Shown piece after piece: positions 19,723 to 30,116 of a stretch of DNA of 64,000 bases (position 1 is its first letter; each line of letters opens with the position of its first letter). Both the position numbers and the translations under genes were made by a program. Source of the stretch: Candidatus Wolfebacteria bacterium GW2011_GWB1_47_1 (GTDB taxonomy: Bacteria; Patescibacteriota; Minisyncoccia; UBA6257; UBA9933). Under the pieces are notes generated by a model. The model ran no database searches, was not told where the DNA came from, and saw only the letters and a program-made list of their open reading frames with translations. The stretch is from NCBI GenBank assembly GCA_001029635.1, contig CP011209.1, positions 222,866 to 286,865 on the forward strand. Direction: 5' to 3'.

Positions 19723-20850
19723 ATGAATAAAATAACAAAGATAGTCGCGGGTGTTGGTCTTATATTGATGGCCGTAGGGGTGTATACGATGGTTAAATCA
19801 GCGCCAGAAAGCACGGTCATAAAGATAGGTGTCATCGGAACACTTACGGGCAATGCCGCATACTTCGGGCAGCAGGAGTTGAGGGGTGTGGAGTTGGCGA
19901 GGGATGAGATTAATAAAAATGGCGGGATAAACGGAAAAATGGTAGAGCTTATTGTTGAGGATAGTGCGGCGGCTCCGGCAACCGCAGTAAGTGCGGCCAG
20001 AAAATTGATCGAAACGGATAACGTAAAGTACATCGTAGGAGATTCCTGGAATTCGACGGTTATCCCGATGCTTCCAGTCATTAATGAAAATAAGGTGATT
20101 CTGATCTCACCATTCGCGGGACTCAATCAAATGAGTCAGGACGATTATTTCTTCAGGACGATCGCAAGCACGAAGGATATGATGGACGCATTGGCAGTGT
20201 ATGCGTATGACAAGGGAAACGCGCGTAGTGTCGCAATAGTGCAGGCAAAAAATCCGTTCGGAGAAGAACACACAAAATATTTCAAGGAGGCATTTGAAAA
20301 GCGAGGAGGAGTTATTGTCGCAATAGAGGGTGTGGAGTTAACGCAGGAAGATGTGCGAACAGAACTAATAAAGATAAAGGCAAAGAAACCCGATACGATA
20401 CTGAATATTCATGCGGCTGGTCCCAAAATGGGCGTAACGCTAAAGCAGGCAAAAGAGTTGGGAATCAAGGTAAGCTGGCTCGGTCAGTTGGGAGCAGAAA
20501 ACGCAACGCTGCAAAAGGACTACAAGGATATCGCCGAAGGCATTGTGTATCCGTATCCGTTTGATGTGATGTCTGGCCAGGAGGAGGCGAAACGATTTGC
20601 GGCAATGTATCAGGAAAAATATCACGAAATGCCAGAGCTCGTCGCAGCAAATTCCTACGACGCCATGATGATCTTGGCAAAAACAATCGCGGTGGCGGGT
20701 GATGACACGCAGAAGGCAAAAGAATTCATGGGCACGATAAAAGATTTTGCTGGCGCAGGAGGATCGTTATCGTTTGATCAGAACGGAGACGTGAAGAAGG
20801 ATATCATAATAAAGACGATGGAAGACGGGATATTCGTAAAGGCGGAATAA
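19723..20850 (+). CDS. LivJ/LivK-type substrate-binding protein (1 of 5)
   Basis: IKIGVI..LTG, EIN..GGING, FFRT, YDA. Confidence 0.9.
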   Translation: MNKITKIVAGVGLILMAVGVYTMVKSAPESTVIKIGVIGTLTGNAAYFGQQELRGVELARDEINKNGGINGKMVELIVEDSAAAPATAVSAARKLIETDNVKYIVGDSWNSTVIPMLPVINENKVILISPFAGLNQMSQDDYFFRTIASTKDMMDALAVYAYDKGNARSVAIVQAKNPFGEEHTKYFKEAFEKRGGVIVAIEGVELTQEDVRTELIKIKAKKPDTILNIHAAGPKMGVTLKQAKELGIKVSWLGQLGAENATLQKDYKDIAEGIVYPYPFDVMSGQEEAKRFAAMYQEKYHEMPELVAANSYDAMMILAKTIAVAGDDTQKAKEFMGTIKDFAGAGGSLSFDQNGDVKKDIIIKTMEDGIFVKAE

Positions 20851-21025
20851 ATGAGCAAAAAGAGCCGATAAAAAGGCTCTTTTTGTAATACGGGGTCGCG
20901 TGAGAAAGTGCGACCAGCGAGCTATTCCGAGAGAAAAGCGATGAGGTTGACAAATACGGATAATGTGTTATCGTATTTTTAGCAGTTTAGATCATGTGGC
21001 TATGAGCCACGCACGGAGGTAGCGA

Positions 21026-21469
21026 ATGGAAAAGAAACACGAGGATCTGGTGAGGTTATCGATGGTCTTGATCGCTCTGATGGACGCACGGTTCGTACGG
21101 GTCGACGGCTTGCAGTACAAGTCGCTCTTTTCGAAGGATGTGTGCATCATCGCCAAGGGCGAGAGATGTGCCACTAAGCCGGTCATCAAGACCGACTGCA
21201 ACAACGGCAAGCTCGCCGTAGTGCTCCCGACCGGCACGGTCTGGCTCCGGGCCAATGACGCCGGTGCGAGCGAGGCAATGCGCGCGGTACGCGAAGCCGC
21301 AGACACGATCCCGGTAGTAAACGGGTGCCACGTTCCGCTCTCGAACCAGGAGGAAGTGCCGTACCACGACCTCCTTAAGCGGTTTGCGAACCCCGAGTGG
21401 GAGCCGGAGTATCTCCTGACGGAAGAAGCCCGCGAAGCCGGGTGCGAGATTGGAGGGTTCCCCTACTAG
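21026..21469 (+). CDS. Orphan hypothetical protein
   Basis: GGAGG SD, TTGACA promoter at 20947. Confidence 0.7.
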   Translation: MEKKHEDLVRLSMVLIALMDARFVRVDGLQYKSLFSKDVCIIAKGERCATKPVIKTDCNNGKLAVVLPTGTVWLRANDAGASEAMRAVREAADTIPVVNGCHVPLSNQEEVPYHDLLKRFANPEWEPEYLLTEEAREAGCEIGGFPY

Positions 21470-21515
21470 AGCTAGCAAGATACGCTAGCATGCCTGGGCC
21501 CGGATTTATCCGGGC

Positions 21516-22259
21516 TCATTTTTTATGAGGAGTGGAAAGGCTATCCCACATAATTGCAAAGACCATTTTCATCATGGAGCTAATGGTCTCACTTTCAATA
21601 ACAACAGCCCAATGCTCCTTTTCAAATGAGGTAATTAATACTTTATTGCCATAAATCTCGATATCGGTAACAAAATGTTTGTTGGAAGGGAGTATTTTAG
21701 TTTGTCGGAGAGATTCTTTGTCAGTAGAAAAAACCTGGAGAGAAGTGGGGGAGGAGTCGATGATCGCACGGATGTGTATTCCTCGTTCGATACGCGTGCG
21801 GATATAGGAAGCTATCCATTCGGGGCCTAAGAAATTAAGCCCGCTTTCTGCCGATGTGATACTGAGAATTTCTTGGTCGTTTCCAGATATGGAATCTATA
21901 TAAGCGGAGCGGATTTCCTCGAGAGTTTCATAAAATCGAACCTTTGGCTTGCCAAGCTCAGCGTTGGAGATACCCCTTAATTCCGGGAGAATTTTATCAA
22001 GGAGTGTTCGCTGACGATCTATAAGCGAACTGAGTGTTTCGGGATTGGATGCGATAAATAAGCGCTTCTTACCCTTTATGGTTTCATTAAAAAGACCACG
22101 AGTCTTCAGATCGGAGATAATGCCATAAATAGTGCTTCGCTTGATGCCGGATTTTTTGGCGATGTCTTGAATGGAGCAGGGGCCTAATTCAAGGGAAGCT
22201 AGATAAATACTTGCTTCTTTTTCGTCCAGACCTAACTGTAAAAGGGAGTTTTTAAGCAT
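21516..22259 (-). CDS. TrmB-family regulator (2 of 5)
   Basis: LGLDEKEASIYLASLELG..IAKKSGIKRSTIY; IEIYGNKV. Confidence 0.88.
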   Translation of the reverse strand: MLKNSLLQLGLDEKEASIYLASLELGPCSIQDIAKKSGIKRSTIYGIISDLKTRGLFNETIKGKKRLFIASNPETLSSLIDRQRTLLDKILPELRGISNAELGKPKVRFYETLEEIRSAYIDSISGNDQEILSITSAESGLNFLGPEWIASYIRTRIERGIHIRAIIDSSPTSLQVFSTDKESLRQTKILPSNKHFVTDIEIYGNKVLITSFEKEHWAVVIESETISSMMKMVFAIMWDSLSTPHKK

Positions 22260-22440
22260 GGTTATAAAATGTCGATATTTCCGACAACATTTATAGCATA
22301 TAATATGAGTATTATAAAGTCAATATGTAAATCAGATATAATAATGCCGAAACTATTGACAAATATAAATAGTGTGATACTATGCAATAAAGATAGAAAT
22401 TAGTCAATTTCTAAGCGAATAATTAACACATATTTACTAT

Positions 22441-23568
22441 ATGATGAATAAAATAACGAAATCAGTTCTTCTGATCGCCGTTGCAACGCTGATTCTTGGA
22501 GGGAGCTATTCGGTATACAAAAAGCAGGGCGGAAGCGAGGAGCAAATGATAATAATAGGAGCGGTGCTGCCGTTGAGTGGGGATTACGCTCCGTATGCCG
22601 AGGGCTCGCGCAACGCCGCCATTATGGCGATCGAGGATTCGGGGATGCAGGATAGGGTAAAATTTATTGTAGAAGACGATAAGGGGTGTATGCCGGTCGG
22701 AGGAGTAAGCGCGGCGCAAAAGTTGATAAATATCGACAAGGTGAACGCATTGTATGGGCCGATGTGCTCATCGGAGGCGTTATCAGTTGCGCCGCTGACA
22801 GAGCCAGTAAAAATCCCAATGGTGATCGCCGCAGCTACATCAAAGACCTTAAGTGGAGCTGGAAATTATATATTCAGGACAATTGCATCTGATTCGGTTC
22901 GATCATATGCGGTTGCAAAGTATGCGTACGAAAAAGGTTTTAAAAAGGCAGCGTTCATGTTTGATAATAGTCAGGACGCATTGGTGCAGGAAAAAAACGA
23001 CGCAAAGGAGGCGTTCGTTTCAGCCGGAGGAGAGGCGGTTTTAGAAGATTCGTTTGGAGGGAAGGACATGGATTTTAAGACGCAGCTGAGTAAGATAAAA
23101 GCGTCTGGAGCGGATGTGGTATTTATAGGCGCAAGCTATAAGCAAGTGGCGCTCATGGTAAAGCAGGCGCGGGAAATGAAGATCAGTGTGCAATTTGTTT
23201 CAACGGATGAGTCAGTTGATATAAAAGAATTTTTCGTGACGGGAGGGAGTTATGTCGAAGGTGTTATCGCACCGGCAATGGTAAAGCCGAGCACCGAAGA
23301 GTCAAAGACATTTGCAGCGAGGTATAAGGCGCGCTTCGGAGTAGATGCGACTATCTACACAGCAGAAGGATATGATGCGATGATGCTTTTGCTCAAGGCG
23401 ATCAAAGAAGAGGGAATGAGTGGCGATGAGATAAAAGCAGGGTTGCTCAAGGTGGGTAATAATTATCCGGGAGCAAGTGGTATCATAACATTCAACGAAA
23501 AGGGAGATGTTACGAAGCCGGCTGTTGTGAAAGTGGCAAAGAATGGGGTATTCGAAGAAATAAAATAA
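22441..23568 (+). CDS. LivJ/LivK-type binding protein (2 of 5)
   Basis: IGAVLPLSG, EDD, GP.CS, YIFRT, DFKTQL. Confidence 0.9.
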   Translation: MMNKITKSVLLIAVATLILGGSYSVYKKQGGSEEQMIIIGAVLPLSGDYAPYAEGSRNAAIMAIEDSGMQDRVKFIVEDDKGCMPVGGVSAAQKLINIDKVNALYGPMCSSEALSVAPLTEPVKIPMVIAAATSKTLSGAGNYIFRTIASDSVRSYAVAKYAYEKGFKKAAFMFDNSQDALVQEKNDAKEAFVSAGGEAVLEDSFGGKDMDFKTQLSKIKASGADVVFIGASYKQVALMVKQAREMKISVQFVSTDESVDIKEFFVTGGSYVEGVIAPAMVKPSTEESKTFAARYKARFGVDATIYTAEGYDAMMLLLKAIKEEGMSGDEIKAGLLKVGNNYPGASGIITFNEKGDVTKPAVVKVAKNGVFEEIK

Positions 23569-23629
23569 ACTAAAAAGCGGCCTAAGCCGCTTTTTAGTTT
23601 TGGATAGAAAACCTGTATAATCAAAACGA

Positions 23630-24496
23630 ATGGGTATCCTTCCACAGATCATAGCAAATAGTATTATTGCGGGAGCAATTTATGCGCTTATTGCGCTTGG
23701 ATTTAATTTGATCTATCGGACGACGAAGTTTTTTAACCTCGCTCATGGCGCATTAACGGTGGTTGGCGGATACGCCATGTTCTTTTTGTATAAGCAGCTC
23801 GAATGGAATATATACGCGAGTGCTTTGGTTTCGGTGCTGTTTACGGGAGGGGCTGGTTATATGCTTGATAAGCTTGTGTTTAGGCGGTTGCGTAATCGTG
23901 GTGCGTCACAGATGGTGTTTTTAATTGCCGCTCTTGGTTTGCTTACGGTTATTCAGGCAATTATCGCAATTCTCTTTACGAGCCAGTTCCAAACACTCGC
24001 CGACAGTGCGATGCAGCAACAGATCTATGATATATTTGGAGGGATTATTACACAGACACAAGCGATCATTGCAATTCTTGGAGTAATGATCCTGGTTGGG
24101 ATAACCTGGATGCTTAAGTATACGATGTTTGGCCGTGCGATAAACGCGGTAAGTGACGACGAAGAAGTAGCTAAGATGGTAGGAATCCACACTAATAAGA
24201 TCATCGGCTGGGTGTTTTTTATCGGATCGGCCATCGCAGGATTATCCGGGATACTCGTTGGGTTTGATACAGGTCTGGAACCGACAATGGGAATGAGTTT
24301 GTTGATGAAGGGTGTGATAGCGGCAATTATTGGTGGCATCGGTACAATGCACGGGGCATTTGCGGGAGCATTTCTGTTGGGGTTTGCGGAAAATTTTGGC
24401 GTATGGCAGTTTTCTGGCGAATGGAAGGATGCAATTGCATTTATCATTTTGATAATTTTTCTATTATTTAGACCGAAGGGAATTTTTAAACGGTGA
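23630..24496 (+). CDS. livH: Branched-chain amino acid ABC permease LivH
   Basis: GAIYALIALGFNLIY..NLAHG, GRAI.AVSDD.E.A..GI, RPKG. Confidence 0.92.
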   Translation: MGILPQIIANSIIAGAIYALIALGFNLIYRTTKFFNLAHGALTVVGGYAMFFLYKQLEWNIYASALVSVLFTGGAGYMLDKLVFRRLRNRGASQMVFLIAALGLLTVIQAIIAILFTSQFQTLADSAMQQQIYDIFGGIITQTQAIIAILGVMILVGITWMLKYTMFGRAINAVSDDEEVAKMVGIHTNKIIGWVFFIGSAIAGLSGILVGFDTGLEPTMGMSLLMKGVIAAIIGGIGTMHGAFAGAFLLGFAENFGVWQFSGEWKDAIAFIILIIFLLFRPKGIFKR

Positions 24497-24501
24497 TATA
24501 A

Positions 24502-24527
24502 AGGATTTAAGATTTAGGATGTAAGAT
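24502..24527. repeat. Left inverted repeat of the four-helix-bundle insert
   Basis: AGGATTTAAGATTTAGGATGTAAGAT; 25/26 complementary to 24932-24957. Confidence 0.9.
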
Positions 24528-24529
24528 GT

Positions 24530-24913
24530 ATGAATGAGAAAATCAAAGATTTTAAAGATATTCTTGCATGGCAAGAAGCGCATAAATTGGTCATAATGAT
24601 CTATCGGGCGACGGATAAATTTCCTCAGTCGGAAATCTTTGGCCTAACGAATCAAATGCGGCGAGCAGCAGTATCTATTACATCAAATATTGCTGAAGGT
24701 TTTGGAAGAAATGGCTATAAGGAAAAAATTCAATTCTATTACATGGCACAAGGATCTTTAATTGAATTGAAAAACCAAATACTTATCGCAAAAGACGTTG
24801 GGTTTTTGAAGCAAGATGGATATGAAAAAATTATTGAGCAAGCGGATGCGGCACATCGGCTTCTACAGGGACTAATAACAAAATCAAAATCCTTTTTAAC
24901 CCCCAAGTCTTAA
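24530..24913 (+). CDS. Four-helix bundle protein (23S rRNA IVS protein/Avd-like family)
   Basis: F.D..AWQ.AH.L...IY..T..FP..E.FGL..QMRRAAVSI.SNIAEG. Confidence 0.92.
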   Translation: MNEKIKDFKDILAWQEAHKLVIMIYRATDKFPQSEIFGLTNQMRRAAVSITSNIAEGFGRNGYKEKIQFYYMAQGSLIELKNQILIAKDVGFLKQDGYEKIIEQADAAHRLLQGLITKSKSFLTPKS

Positions 24914-24931
24914 TCCAGTATTTCCTCTTAG

Positions 24932-24957
24932 ATCTTACATCCTAAATCATAAATCCT
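24932..24957. repeat. Right inverted repeat of the four-helix-bundle insert
   Basis: ATCTTACATCCTAAATCATAAATCCT. Confidence 0.9.
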
Positions 24958-24963
24958 CCCCTG

Positions 24964-25833
24964 ATGCCCTATCTTATTCACATCGCAATACTGTTTTTCA
25001 TCTACGCAATCCTCGGCGTTAGTTTGAACTTGGTTGTTGGGTATGCGGGATTATTGTCTGTTGCGCATGCTGCCTTTTATGGCATCGGTGCGTATGTGAC
25101 CGCTATTGCATTGACTCAGTACGGGATAAATTTCTTCGTCTCTGTTCTTCTTGGTATGCTTCTTTCGGGAATCGTCAGTTTATTAGTTGGCATGGTGTTT
25201 AGTAAATTTCGAGATGATTATTACGCACTTGCATCGCTTGGGTTTAATGTAATCGTATTTAGTATTTTTTTGAACTGGGAAAGTATGACAAAGGGGCCAC
25301 TGGGAATCCCGGGGGTGGGGAAGCCAACGGTATTTGGATACGAGATCGCCTCAAATGGAACGTTTCTTTTGCTTGCGATTGCGTTGTTTGCACTGGTGTA
25401 TATGGTGGCAACTAAAATAGATGGATCATCCTTTGGGAGAGTGCTTAAGGCAATTCGCGAAGATGAGCAAGCACTTGAGGTGTTTGGGTACCGGGTAGAA
25501 TATTTCAAATTGGCGATCTTCGTGATCGGGGCCGCAATGGCATCGGTTGCTGGTTCGCTGTTCGCATCATATATAACGTACGTTGATCCCTCGTCATTCT
25601 CACTGAATGAATCCATATTCATCCTGGCTATCGTAATCATGGGCGGTCTGGGAAGCATTCGCGGGACACTCGCAGGTGCGCTATTTCTGGTTTTATTGCC
25701 CGAGGCCCTTAGGTTTGTTGGATTGCCAACTGATATAGCCGCGCAGTCGAGGCAGGTCATATACGGGGCGATTCTCGTACTTTTGATGGTATATCGGCCA
25801 AGGGGATTTGTGGGTGAGTACGAATTAAAATAG
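24964..25833 (+). CDS. livM: Branched-chain amino acid ABC permease LivM
   Basis: LNLVVGYAGLLS.AHAAFYGIGAY, GRVLKAIREDE, GGLGS. Confidence 0.92.
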   Translation: MPYLIHIAILFFIYAILGVSLNLVVGYAGLLSVAHAAFYGIGAYVTAIALTQYGINFFVSVLLGMLLSGIVSLLVGMVFSKFRDDYYALASLGFNVIVFSIFLNWESMTKGPLGIPGVGKPTVFGYEIASNGTFLLLAIALFALVYMVATKIDGSSFGRVLKAIREDEQALEVFGYRVEYFKLAIFVIGAAMASVAGSLFASYITYVDPSSFSLNESIFILAIVIMGGLGSIRGTLAGALFLVLLPEALRFVGLPTDIAAQSRQVIYGAILVLLMVYRPRGFVGEYELK

Positions 25834-25913
25834 GGAAGCGACAAAAGAATATATATGTAAATATTCTTTACATATATATTGACAATATATTTTACAAAAG
25901 GTAGAATATATGC

Positions 25914-26684
25914 ATGATTAAAAACCTGCAAGAACTGAGGAAGAAAGGTGAAATTTCGCAGGAATATCTGGCGAAATACCTCGATATTTCAAGGCCAACG
26001 TTGGAACGGATAGAAAAGGGAGAAAGGGACATCACTATTTCGCAGGCCAAAAAGTTGGCAAGACTATTCGAGCTCTCCCTAGAAGAGCTGATCAGTGGGA
26101 AAAGCAAAGGTAAGATAGAAGTTGTTTTTGAAGGTAAAGATCAAAATCAGCCGAAGGAGGGTGTGGAAATAAGAATAAGCGTACCACAGAAAAAGTTAAA
26201 AAAATTTAAGGAAGCACTCCTATATATTTTAGAAAAGGTGGGCAGTAAACCGAATGTGGGCATGACGGTGATTTATAAATTGTTGTATTTTATCGATTTC
26301 GACTATTACGAAAAATTCGAAGAGCAGATCATCGGGGCGACGTATATCAAGAATCATTTCGGGCCGACCCCGGTTGAGTTCAAAAAAATAGTTGAGATGA
26401 TGGAAGAGCATAAGGAGCTCGAATCTATAAAGAGTAAATATTTCGATAAAGAGCAGAAAAAATATTTGCCATTAAGAAGGGCGGATGTGAGCGTATTTTC
26501 AGGGGAGGAAATAAAGCACATTGATGATGTACTGAGTAGATTTGCAGATAGATCGGCAAAAGATTTGAGCGACTATTCGCATAAAGATGTTCCGTGGATA
26601 GCGGCAGAAGATGGGGAGAAGATCGATTACGAGTCGGTATTTTATAGAACGAGGGAAACTTCCGTCAGAGAATATGAAGATTGA
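25914..26684 (+). CDS. XRE-HTH plus Panacea (DUF4065/SocA-like) antitoxin
   Basis: SQEYLA..L.ISR.T..RIEKG HTH; KLLYFIDF, GPTP, SHKDVPW. Confidence 0.85.
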   Translation: MIKNLQELRKKGEISQEYLAKYLDISRPTLERIEKGERDITISQAKKLARLFELSLEELISGKSKGKIEVVFEGKDQNQPKEGVEIRISVPQKKLKKFKEALLYILEKVGSKPNVGMTVIYKLLYFIDFDYYEKFEEQIIGATYIKNHFGPTPVEFKKIVEMMEEHKELESIKSKYFDKEQKKYLPLRRADVSVFSGEEIKHIDDVLSRFADRSAKDLSDYSHKDVPWIAAEDGEKIDYESVFYRTRETSVREYED

Positions 26685-27048
26685 ATATCGGGAGCCCATC
26701 GAAGAATTTAATAGGGACCTTAAAAAACTTCTAAAGAAATTTATAACGTTGGAAGAGGATTTGAGTACCGTAAAAATCAACGCAATTGAGCTGTATCACC
26801 TAAAGAAGATCGATAACGAATCGATATTTGCAATCGAACATTTTTGCAGCGAGGAGATAAAAGTATACAAGGTAAAAAAGTTTGCCTGCAAATGTCTAAA
26901 GGGCAGGGGGGTAAAAAGTGGAATAAGAATAATCTACGCGTATTATCCGAAAGATAATAGTGTGCAGTTTATAGAAATGTACTTCAAGGGAGTAAGGGAA
27001 AACGAAGATAAGGAAAGAATAAAAGAGTATTTAAAATCGGCTACATGA
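26674..27048 (+). CDS. RelE/HigB-like toxin candidate
   Basis: Overlaps the antitoxin end; F.RDLKKL.KKF, GVKSGIRIIYAY, IEMYFK. Confidence 0.7.
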   Translation: MKIEYREPIEEFNRDLKKLLKKFITLEEDLSTVKINAIELYHLKKIDNESIFAIEHFCSEEIKVYKVKKFACKCLKGRGVKSGIRIIYAYYPKDNSVQFIEMYFKGVRENEDKERIKEYLKSAT

Positions 27049-27189
27049 TGTAAAATACCCTTATCGGCTGAAATGAACGAAGTAGTAATAAGCAAAAGGA
27101 AATAAGCAAAAGGGAATAGAGAGATTCAGTAAAAATGCTGGCATCTACCCACCCTATCCCGATCTCCATTTTCCATTTTTCTAATTCAT

Positions 27190-27948
27190 ATGGACGCAAT
27201 ACAAATAAAAGAATTAAATAAGCACTTTAACGGCGTCGCAGCGATAGATAATTTGTCGGTCGTATTTGAGCAGGGAAAGATAACGGGTATTGTGGGTCCA
27301 AACGGGTCGGGGAAGACGACGTTAACTAATGTGCTCAGCGGAATGATTGCGTTCGATTCGGGTACAATCGCTATTCGAGAAAAGCAAAGGCAGAAAAAGG
27401 AGACTGCGTCATCTACTGCACGGTGTGGCATAACTCGAACGTTTCAGGAGGTTCGCCTCTTTGAACAACTAACGGTCCTTGATAATATATTGGTCGTATT
27501 GACCGAGCGAAGCGTTGGGGGGTCGTTGTTTGAACGGCATAGTGAAGGGCACGATAAAAAGGCCCAAGCAGTATTGGTGCGCGTGGGATTGTGGGAAAAG
27601 AGAAATCAACTCGCGCACAACCTCTCGTATGGACAAAGAAAATTATTGGAGATTGCACGGGCACTTGCGATGACTCATGCGGATGGCATCGGGAAGGGCA
27701 TAAATACGTTCCTATTCGATGAACCGTTCGCGGGTTTGTTCCCGGAGATGATTAAAACGATTACCTCGATCATTAAGGAGCTTAAGAGAGAAGGAAAGAC
27801 AGTTATCGTAATAGAACATAACATGCAGTTGATCAGGGAATTATGTGATCACTTGATCGTCTTGGATAGCGGTAAGCTGCTTGCGCAAGGGACTCCGGAG
27901 GAAGTATTGGAAAGGAGAGAAGTCATCGAAGCATATTTGGGGGAATAA
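27190..27948 (+). CDS. livG: ABC ATPase LivG
   Basis: GPNGSGKTT, RTFQ, LSYGQRKLLEIARALA, DEP, YLG. Confidence 0.92.
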   Translation: MDAIQIKELNKHFNGVAAIDNLSVVFEQGKITGIVGPNGSGKTTLTNVLSGMIAFDSGTIAIREKQRQKKETASSTARCGITRTFQEVRLFEQLTVLDNILVVLTERSVGGSLFERHSEGHDKKAQAVLVRVGLWEKRNQLAHNLSYGQRKLLEIARALAMTHADGIGKGINTFLFDEPFAGLFPEMIKTITSIIKELKREGKTVIVIEHNMQLIRELCDHLIVLDSGKLLAQGTPEEVLERREVIEAYLGE

Positions 27949-28006
27949 GGGGGCGAAAAATTATCTAATTTCTAACTAAAAAATCCGCTTACGCGGATTT
28001 TTTAGT

Positions 28007-28738
28007 TTAGACACTCCTTCTAACAAACTTAATAAAATTGCGTTGCAGCTCAGCAATCTCAGGGTTTTCGATAATGATGCCAACGAGATTAACAAGTGAG
28101 ATCATTGCAACTTTGTCGCCGGCGACGATTAGATCGACGGCAACCGCAAAGTCTTTGGGTAATAGTTTTGCCGAGCCGACTTCCTTAGGGAGGATATGTT
28201 TGATATATGATCTACCTGCCGGATTATTTTCGATCAACTCCTTAAGTTGTCCGCCTTTATTATAAATGGTCGCTTGGAATTCCTCGGCATCTTTTTCGGC
28301 AAAGACGGAAAAGAGTTTCTCTGCAGAAAAGGTGCTATAGACGGTATGGGATGTATTAGCGATCTCATCATAGATGGAATGGATACCCTCGATCCCTTCA
28401 TAGAGCTTGATATGCGGTTTATGTGACGCGGTCGCATAGATATCTTGAAGATCTTGGAGAATAGAAGCGGCCTTTTTGCGCTTATGCTCTAAAAGCCTAA
28501 TAAGCTTGGAAGGATCTTCGGCCACGTAGATGAGGCGTTTGCCTTGTGCAGTTTTATGAAAGAGCCCGTCTTTAACGAGTTTATTTACATACTCATAGAC
28601 GGTGGTCCGCTTTATCTCGGACACTTTTGCAATATCGGTAATACTTGCCTTACCTAGCTTGAGAACGGATAGATAGATATCCGCCTCTTTCGGCTCCAAC
28701 CCGATATCTTTGAGAGTGGATAGGAGGTCGTTTTGCAT
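28007..28738 (-). CDS. TrmB-family regulator (3 of 5)
   Basis: IGLEPKEADIYL..IKRTTVY; YEGIEGI. Confidence 0.88.
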   Translation of the reverse strand: MQNDLLSTLKDIGLEPKEADIYLSVLKLGKASITDIAKVSEIKRTTVYEYVNKLVKDGLFHKTAQGKRLIYVAEDPSKLIRLLEHKRKKAASILQDLQDIYATASHKPHIKLYEGIEGIHSIYDEIANTSHTVYSTFSAEKLFSVFAEKDAEEFQATIYNKGGQLKELIENNPAGRSYIKHILPKEVGSAKLLPKDFAVAVDLIVAGDKVAMISLVNLVGIIIENPEIAELQRNFIKFVRRSV

Positions 28739-28917
28739 ACTATTAGTATAGCAAAGTAATAAAAATCGTCAATTTTTTCGTCAATTTTTTATTATAAAAA
28801 GTATAAAAAGTGAGTATTTATGCTGATTATATTGACTAAAAATAGCATTTATTTTGACACATTTTTAGAAACGAGGTGTAATAAAGGTATAAAAACTAAT
28901 AACCAATTAATAAACAC

Positions 28918-30075
28918 ATGCATAAAACAACAAAATTGTTTATCGGGGTTGTCATGGTAGCGCTTGTCATCTGGGGTGGATATGTTGCAAATAACAGCAA
29001 AAGCAGCCAAGCAACAAGTGAGTCGATTAAAGTTGGCGGGCTCTATGTCCTAAGCGGGATCACATCGGATATCGGGATCGCATTGAAAGAGGGTACTGAT
29101 ATGGCAGTCGAGGAGATAAACAAAAACGGAGGAATCAACGGAAGGCAGGTGCAGGTAGTATATGAAGATGTTCCGGATCTTGCCCCAAAAGCAGCGGTAA
29201 GCGGAGCGCAAAAGCTGATGACGGTCGACAAGGTACAGATGATTCTCGATATGCCATACACAGGGCTGGCATCGATTCAAGGAATGGCAGAGCAAAACAA
29301 GGTTCCAGTACTCGATGTGATTGATTCTTCAGACGAGATTGCATCATTGGGTAATTGGATCTTTAGTTCCGGGGTCTATGCGAACGGCGTCGGGCAGGAA
29401 GTTGCGAAGTTTACAAAGACTGACCTGAAGAAGACCAAAGCAGCCCTCTTGGTCGGAAAGGATGAATATCTGATGGCGGTCGCCGCAGGATTCGAAAAGG
29501 AATTTCAGGCGGGTGGCGGCATGATCGTTGCGCGGGAGGAATTCCAGGTTGGGGATACGGATTTCAAGACGCAGTTAGCAAAGATCAAAAATAGTGGGGC
29601 GGAAACGATCTTCATCGCCCATTTGGGTGAGGGTGGTGTGGTCGTAAAGCAGGCGAACGAAATCGGATTCAAGGGTGAGTTCCTGGGAAGTGATACCTTT
29701 AGCCTTGCCGATGTCGCAACGGTTGCGGGCAAGGTGTTGGATGGAAGGACCTACTTCGGCTTGTGGAAGAACTTCGATTCGACCACGCCGCAGCAACAGG
29801 CATTCGCCGATGCATATAAGGCGAAGTACGGCAAAGCGGCGGGAGATTATCTTTTTTACAACGTGCTCGGATACGACGGCATGATGGTCGCGGCAGAGGC
29901 ATTGAAGAATGCTAACGCTGGATCAGGAGAAGATATCCAGAAAGCCCTCGGTAAGATCAGTAACTATGCAGGCTTGAGCGGATCGATCACGCTTGATTCG
30001 ACCGGAATCAACCGAGATCCAAAGACCGCAATCGTCACCTATAAGGATGGACAGATCGTGCGATATGCAAAATAA
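28918..30075 (+). CDS. LivJ/LivK-type binding protein (3 of 5)
   Basis: IKVGG, EINKNGGING, DFKTQLAKIK, GYD. Confidence 0.9.
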   Translation: MHKTTKLFIGVVMVALVIWGGYVANNSKSSQATSESIKVGGLYVLSGITSDIGIALKEGTDMAVEEINKNGGINGRQVQVVYEDVPDLAPKAAVSGAQKLMTVDKVQMILDMPYTGLASIQGMAEQNKVPVLDVIDSSDEIASLGNWIFSSGVYANGVGQEVAKFTKTDLKKTKAALLVGKDEYLMAVAAGFEKEFQAGGGMIVAREEFQVGDTDFKTQLAKIKNSGAETIFIAHLGEGGVVVKQANEIGFKGEFLGSDTFSLADVATVAGKVLDGRTYFGLWKNFDSTTPQQQAFADAYKAKYGKAAGDYLFYNVLGYDGMMVAAEALKNANAGSGEDIQKALGKISNYAGLSGSITLDSTGINRDPKTAIVTYKDGQIVRYAK

Positions 30076-30116
30076 GATAATAAAAAAGCACACCCGAGGG
30101 TGTGTTTTTTTTATAA

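Noticed and set aside
24530-24913. Diversity-generating retroelement (Avd-like gene)
   Set aside because: No reverse transcriptase and no TR/VR pair with adenine-specific mismatches seen in the window
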